Source: a virus
Lineage: Duplodnaviria > Caudoviricetes
Reading direction: 5' to 3' (one strand)
DNA length: 37,421 nt
IMG/VR virus record: IMGVR_UViG_3300017747_001665
Location: 1 to 37,421 of that record
The notes beneath the pieces are model-generated. The model worked only from the letters and a program-made list of their open reading frames with translations. It was not told where the DNA came from and did no database searches. The first letter of the stretch is position 1. Each line of letters opens with the position of its first letter. This document shows positions 33,914 through 37,421 of the stretch, piece after piece. The translations under genes and the position numbers were made by a program.

Positions 33914-35595
33914 TGGCTAAGGCTAACTTTCCAAACGCGCCGATGAACGGTCAAGACTACGTTGTCAACGGCGTTACGTTTACGTGTTCATTCATTGGCG
34001 GCTCTCCGGTGTTTCAAGCCAAGGCTGGCGGCTATGCAGTTGCTACTAGTGTGGCTCAGGCTCGGACTGTGACATATACTCCAGGTAACACTGGTTTATT
34101 CTTAACTGGCGCAATCACTACAGGCTTAGGCGGTTCATGGTATACGTGGAACCCTGACACTATCGCGCCTGATGATGGCTGCTTGTCGATTCAGGTCACT
34201 GGCGTCCCTGTTGGCCGATGGATTAGGGTGCAGGACGGCTTGTTAGACAGTCGCAGCTTCGGCTATCCGGTCACGGCAGGCGCAGCCACAGCAATGCAAG
34301 CTGCCGCTGCTGCCGCCAACCCTGACTTTGCAACGCGCAACATTCCGTTTGCACTGCCTAAAAACTCAGAGTTGCGGATTGGCGACATTCGCCTTGGTCA
34401 TGGCCCAAACGGTGCGTGGGCTCCCAACAATAACAACCTGATGATTGGTCAGTTTGCTTTCAGTAACAACACTTCAGGCTATGCCAACGTTGCTATTGGG
34501 TATGAGTGTCTTGGCGGTAATACGACTGGCATTAACAACTTAGCAATCGGTGTTTCATCATTGTTTTTCAATCAGACTGGCTCAGACTCCATCGCTATCG
34601 GCGTGGCAGCTTTACGCTCTAACATTGCTGGACGGAATACCGCTGTTGGTCGTAGCGCAGGTGATAACCTTGACTTAGGCACAGGAAACACCTTGTTAGG
34701 CTATAAAGCCTTGCAGCAGACGGAAAGCATAGGGCTAAGCTCTACAGCAAGCTGGAATACCTTTATTGGTGATAACTGCGCATCATTGCTGCGAAGCGGT
34801 GACTATAACGTCGCTATGGGGCGGCAAGCGATGGTTTGTGAGCCTGGTAACGGCGTCGGCTCTAACGCATCATCAAACACGTTTATCGGCTCAGAGTCTG
34901 GAAGAGATACCTTAACATCTCAAGCGTGTTCGGCGCTTGGTCGTTATACGCTGGTTTTGAATCGCTCTGGCGTTGGCCATACTGTTGGCGGCTTCTTCGC
35001 TGGTGGCTCTATCGTGTCCGGTACTGGCTTAACAGCTTTCGGCTATGAAGCTGGCAGGGATTCGACCGTTGGTTTGAATACGTTCATCGGTTATTCGGCT
35101 TGTGCTGGTAACACGACGTTCTCTAACTGCTCATCGTTAGGCGCGTTTACTGCTGTGACTGGCTCAAACCAAGTACAGCTTGGCGACGCGGCGACTACAA
35201 CCTATGTCTATGGCACTGTGCAAAACCGCTCAGATGCGCGAGACAAGGCCGATGTTAGAGATACTGAGCTTGGTCTTGAGTTTATTAATTCTCTCCGTCC
35301 AGTCGATTACAAGTGGGACATGCGCGAGGATTACCGCACAAGCGATAAGCAGAAACTTGCAGACGTTGTGAAAGACGGCAGCAAGAAGCGCAGCAGATAC
35401 CATCATGGATTTATCGCTCAAGAGTTGCCTCAGCATTTTGGCGGCGTTCAGAATCACGCACTGAATGGCGGTGAGGATGTTTTATCAGTTGGTCATGATG
35501 AGTTCATCGCGCCACTTGTTAAGGCGGTTCAAGAACTAACAGTAAGGCTTGAAGCGGCTGAGCGTAAACTTGCAGAGCTAGGGGCGGCAGAATGA
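33913..35595 (+). CDS. Second tail fibre with C-terminal intramolecular chaperone (peptidase S74-like)
   Basis: N.A.G...L beta-roll repeats; SDARDK..V....LGL.FIN.LRPV.YKW, HHGFIAQE, APLVKAVQEL. Confidence 0.85.
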   Translation: MAKANFPNAPMNGQDYVVNGVTFTCSFIGGSPVFQAKAGGYAVATSVAQARTVTYTPGNTGLFLTGAITTGLGGSWYTWNPDTIAPDDGCLSIQVTGVPVGRWIRVQDGLLDSRSFGYPVTAGAATAMQAAAAAANPDFATRNIPFALPKNSELRIGDIRLGHGPNGAWAPNNNNLMIGQFAFSNNTSGYANVAIGYECLGGNTTGINNLAIGVSSLFFNQTGSDSIAIGVAALRSNIAGRNTAVGRSAGDNLDLGTGNTLLGYKALQQTESIGLSSTASWNTFIGDNCASLLRSGDYNVAMGRQAMVCEPGNGVGSNASSNTFIGSESGRDTLTSQACSALGRYTLVLNRSGVGHTVGGFFAGGSIVSGTGLTAFGYEAGRDSTVGLNTFIGYSACAGNTTFSNCSSLGAFTAVTGSNQVQLGDAATTTYVYGTVQNRSDARDKADVRDTELGLEFINSLRPVDYKWDMREDYRTSDKQKLADVVKDGSKKRSRYHHGFIAQELPQHFGGVQNHALNGGEDVLSVGHDEFIAPLVKAVQELTVRLEAAERKLAELGAAE

Positions 35596-36053
35596 AAAAA
35601 GGGCTAGTTGCAGTAGTTGGCGTTGCGGCAGCTTCTACGCTAGCCGTTTTCGTTCCGAACTTTGAGGGCGTTGTACTTAAAGGCTACAAAGACCCAGTTG
35701 GCATTGTTACCGCTTGCGCTGGCCATACAGCAACGGCGGTTCTTGGCAAGCCTTACACCAAGGAAGAGTGCGCCGAGTTGCTTGAGCGTGATTTAGTGCA
35801 TCATGCGAAGGGTGTTATGTCTTGCGTCAAAGTGCCAATGTCAGCAGGTCAGAAAGCTGCGTTTGTCAGCTTTGCGTATAACGTCGGCGTGCGCAGGTTT
35901 TGCGAGTCAACAATGGCGCGAAAGCTAAACCAGCAAGATTACGCTGGAGCCTGTCGAGAACTAAGTAGGTGGACAACCGCAAGAGGGATTCAGCTTAACG
36001 GTTTAGTCAAGCGAAGAGCTGCGGAGCGTGCGTTATGCGAATCTGGCATATAA
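35592..36053 (+). CDS. Endolysin, GH24 lysozyme with SAR-like N-terminus
   Basis: Catalytic FEG....GY.D.VG..T.C.GHT, A.VSFAYNVG, GLVKRR..ER.LC; N-terminal weakly hydrophobic GLVAVVGVAAASTLAVFV. Confidence 0.9.
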   Translation: MKKGLVAVVGVAAASTLAVFVPNFEGVVLKGYKDPVGIVTACAGHTATAVLGKPYTKEECAELLERDLVHHAKGVMSCVKVPMSAGQKAAFVSFAYNVGVRRFCESTMARKLNQQDYAGACRELSRWTTARGIQLNGLVKRRAAERALCESGI

Positions 36054-36523
36054 TTTATTTAGCGTGCCTGCTGTCTGCGTTTGCCGGCGGCTGGTACGTT
36101 AACGGATCAAGATGGGAATCTAAACACTTATCGCTGCAAGCTGATTATGCACAGCAACAACAAAAGGCATCATCTGACGCACTAACAAAGCAACAAAGAC
36201 TAATTAAGGAGATGGACAATGTACGTCAAGCGGCAATACAGATTAAAAAAGAGCATGATCGCAATATCGCTGACAGCCGCATTGCTTCTGAACGGTTGCG
36301 CGTCGAACTCGATAGAATCAAAGCCTTGCCAGTCGTTGACAGTGCCAGCTCTATCTCAGAACGCGCAAATGCCGCAACCGACAGGCTATTGCTTGCCAAC
36401 TTGCTTGGAGAATCTGACCAACGAGCGGGAGCTTATGCTGAAGAGGCTGACAGACTCAGAGTTGCATTGAGTGCTTGCAACTCTGAATATGAGGCGGTTA
36501 GGTTGACGGCTGGAGGTGGCTAG
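36035..36523 (+). CDS. Rz: i-spanin (Rz-like)
   Basis: N-terminal TM, coiled periplasmic part, C-terminal AD......AC...Y; follows the endolysin. Confidence 0.8.
   Translation: MRIWHIIYLACLLSAFAGGWYVNGSRWESKHLSLQADYAQQQQKASSDALTKQQRLIKEMDNVRQAAIQIKKEHDRNIADSRIASERLRVELDRIKALPVVDSASSISERANAATDRLLLANLLGESDQRAGAYAEEADRLRVALSACNSEYEAVRLTAGGG
36255..36470 (+). CDS. Rz1: o-spanin lipoprotein (Rz1-like), embedded in Rz
   Basis: Start MIAISLTAALLLNGC with lipobox LNGC; Pro/Cys-rich; alternative frame inside Rz. Confidence 0.8.
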   Translation: MIAISLTAALLLNGCASNSIESKPCQSLTVPALSQNAQMPQPTGYCLPTCLENLTNERELMLKRLTDSELH

Positions 36524-36574
36524 TCTATTATTGCCTTAACAAGCTCTCCACTTGTTGACCGTGTCCCAACTTTT

Positions 36575-36603
36575 GCCCTAGTTAATCGCTAGGGCTTTTT
36601 TTT
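36575..36603 (+). terminator. Late-operon terminator
   Basis: gccctag-ttaatcg-ctagggc followed by T8; overlaps the 3' end of the convergent gene. Confidence 0.7.
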
Positions 36604-36880
36604 CGCGCATAATCCGCTTGCGATAGTAGTAGGTGTTAACGCTAATCCCAACCTTCGCGCACGCTTCTGGTATTGAGTGGTCGCCAAGTGCAATCATACT
36701 CTGAACCAATCGGACAGGCTTGAAGTCATTCGCATCTAATTTCTTTGTCGCCTCCCTTGTTAAACCCATTCTCTTTTTAACTGATTTCACGTAGTCAGGT
36801 GAGCAATCAGCAATGCAAGCAATGTCGCTGATGGTGTACTTGACAGAGCCAGTAAGCAGCGCAGCAATGTTTTTGTGCAT
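36578..36880 (-). CDS. Protein with two HTH-like segments (100 aa)
   Basis: TISDIACIADCSPDYVKSVK and SIPEACAKVGISVNTYYYR. Confidence 0.65.
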   Translation of the reverse strand: MHKNIAALLTGSVKYTISDIACIADCSPDYVKSVKKRMGLTREATKKLDANDFKPVRLVQSMIALGDHSIPEACAKVGISVNTYYYRKRIMREKKALAIN

Positions 36881-37026
36881 GCCTTTTTCTTTACGACAAC
36901 TTTGTTTTCTTTCAGTATCCGCGATATTGTGCGCGGAGTTGTGTCGAACTTATCTGCAATCGCACGCAGTGACAGGTCACTGTATAGCTGCACAATTAGC
37001 GGTATATCTTCAATTGCTGGAGTCAT
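36787..37026 (-). CDS. Small HTH protein
   Basis: LSLRAIADKFDTTPRTISRILK; ATGA-coupled; its tail overlaps the next gene by 94 nt. Confidence 0.6.
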   Translation of the reverse strand: MTPAIEDIPLIVQLYSDLSLRAIADKFDTTPRTISRILKENKVVVKKKACTKTLLRCLLALSSTPSATLLALLIAHLTT

Positions 37027-37223
37027 CTTGTAATCCTGTAGTAATCTTCTGTTGATAGCCTAACACTTCTGCACGACTCGTAAACGGTAAACCCAAGCTT
37101 GACCAAGTGAGCCACCATTGAAGCCCTTTGCTCCATTGTGGGCTTGATTGGCTTTTTCTTTTCAGCCCTAAGCTTTGCAAAGTTTATTTTTGTGAAGCTA
37201 GGGATTGAGTCGATTGGGTTCAT
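37023..37223 (-). CDS. Hypothetical protein (66 aa)
   Basis: Abuts the upstream stop; possible HTH in GFTVYESCRSVRLS. Confidence 0.55.
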   Translation of the reverse strand: MNPIDSIPSFTKINFAKLRAEKKKPIKPTMEQRASMVAHLVKLGFTVYESCRSVRLSTEDYYRITR

Positions 37224-37343
37224 TCAAAACCCCTTATCAGTCGGAATAACGCCGCGTCTGCACTTCGGCGTATTGTGCAAAGCTGCGATAATTAGCGGCA
37301 TGATTACCGCAACGAAAAGTAGTAGACCTATCCAGTTGTTCAT
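37224..37343 (-). CDS. Small membrane protein (39 aa, MNNWIGLLLFVAVIMPLIIAAL...)
   Basis: Translated by hand; starts inside the terminal repeat and links both ends of the window into one operon. Confidence 0.55.
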   Translation of the reverse strand: MNNWIGLLLFVAVIMPLIIAALHNTPKCRRGVIPTDKGF

Positions 37344-37421
37344 TTATCACTCCCAATCCAAAACGCGCACCAAACGGGCTGCGCTAACGTGGATAAAATC
37401 GCCTTTCGCATTGTGCCAGCC
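37299..37421. repeat. Direct terminal repeat, right copy
   Basis: Identical to bases 1-123. Confidence 0.9.

Noticed and set aside
1-37421. tRNA/rRNA genes, integrase/attP, IS elements, alternative genetic code
   Set aside because: No cloverleaf, recombinase or transposase motifs were seen by eye, and core genes are intact under the standard code with all three stop codons in use.

Overview
The window is an apparently complete, circularly assembled tailed-phage genome of about 37.3 kb: positions 1-123 are repeated exactly at 37299-37421, and the reading frames run through the junction. The virion module is P22-like (portal, scaffold, coat, gp4, gp10, gp26-like needle, gp14-like, three ejection proteins and a head-binding tail fibre). 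It also has a PBSX-type large terminase, a SAR-type endolysin with Rz/Rz1 spanins, a RecE-like exonuclease with SSB, and an SF2 helicase, VRR-NUC nuclease and PrimPol-VapE primase-helicase followed by an iteron-rich origin. I see no integrase or CI repressor. The host is Gram-negative (spanins are present) and probably gammaproteobacterial (inference). The most notable signal is a cassette present in two diverged copies (2244-2990 minus strand; 12964-13725 plus strand). Each has a sigma70-like promoter, then a ~115-nt structured RNA, then a non-canonical HNH-like/AP2-like ORF. The two RNAs share the same three stems and two long-range loop pairings, with compensatory changes throughout. Other oddities: a stand-alone paralogue of the helicase C-terminal winged helix beside the origin; two SGNH-hydrolase proteins with a shared N-terminal anchor plus a four-ORF peptide/membrane cluster inserted between terS and terL; and an unexplained 25-bp direct repeat. 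All product calls come from motif recognition by eye, not database searches.
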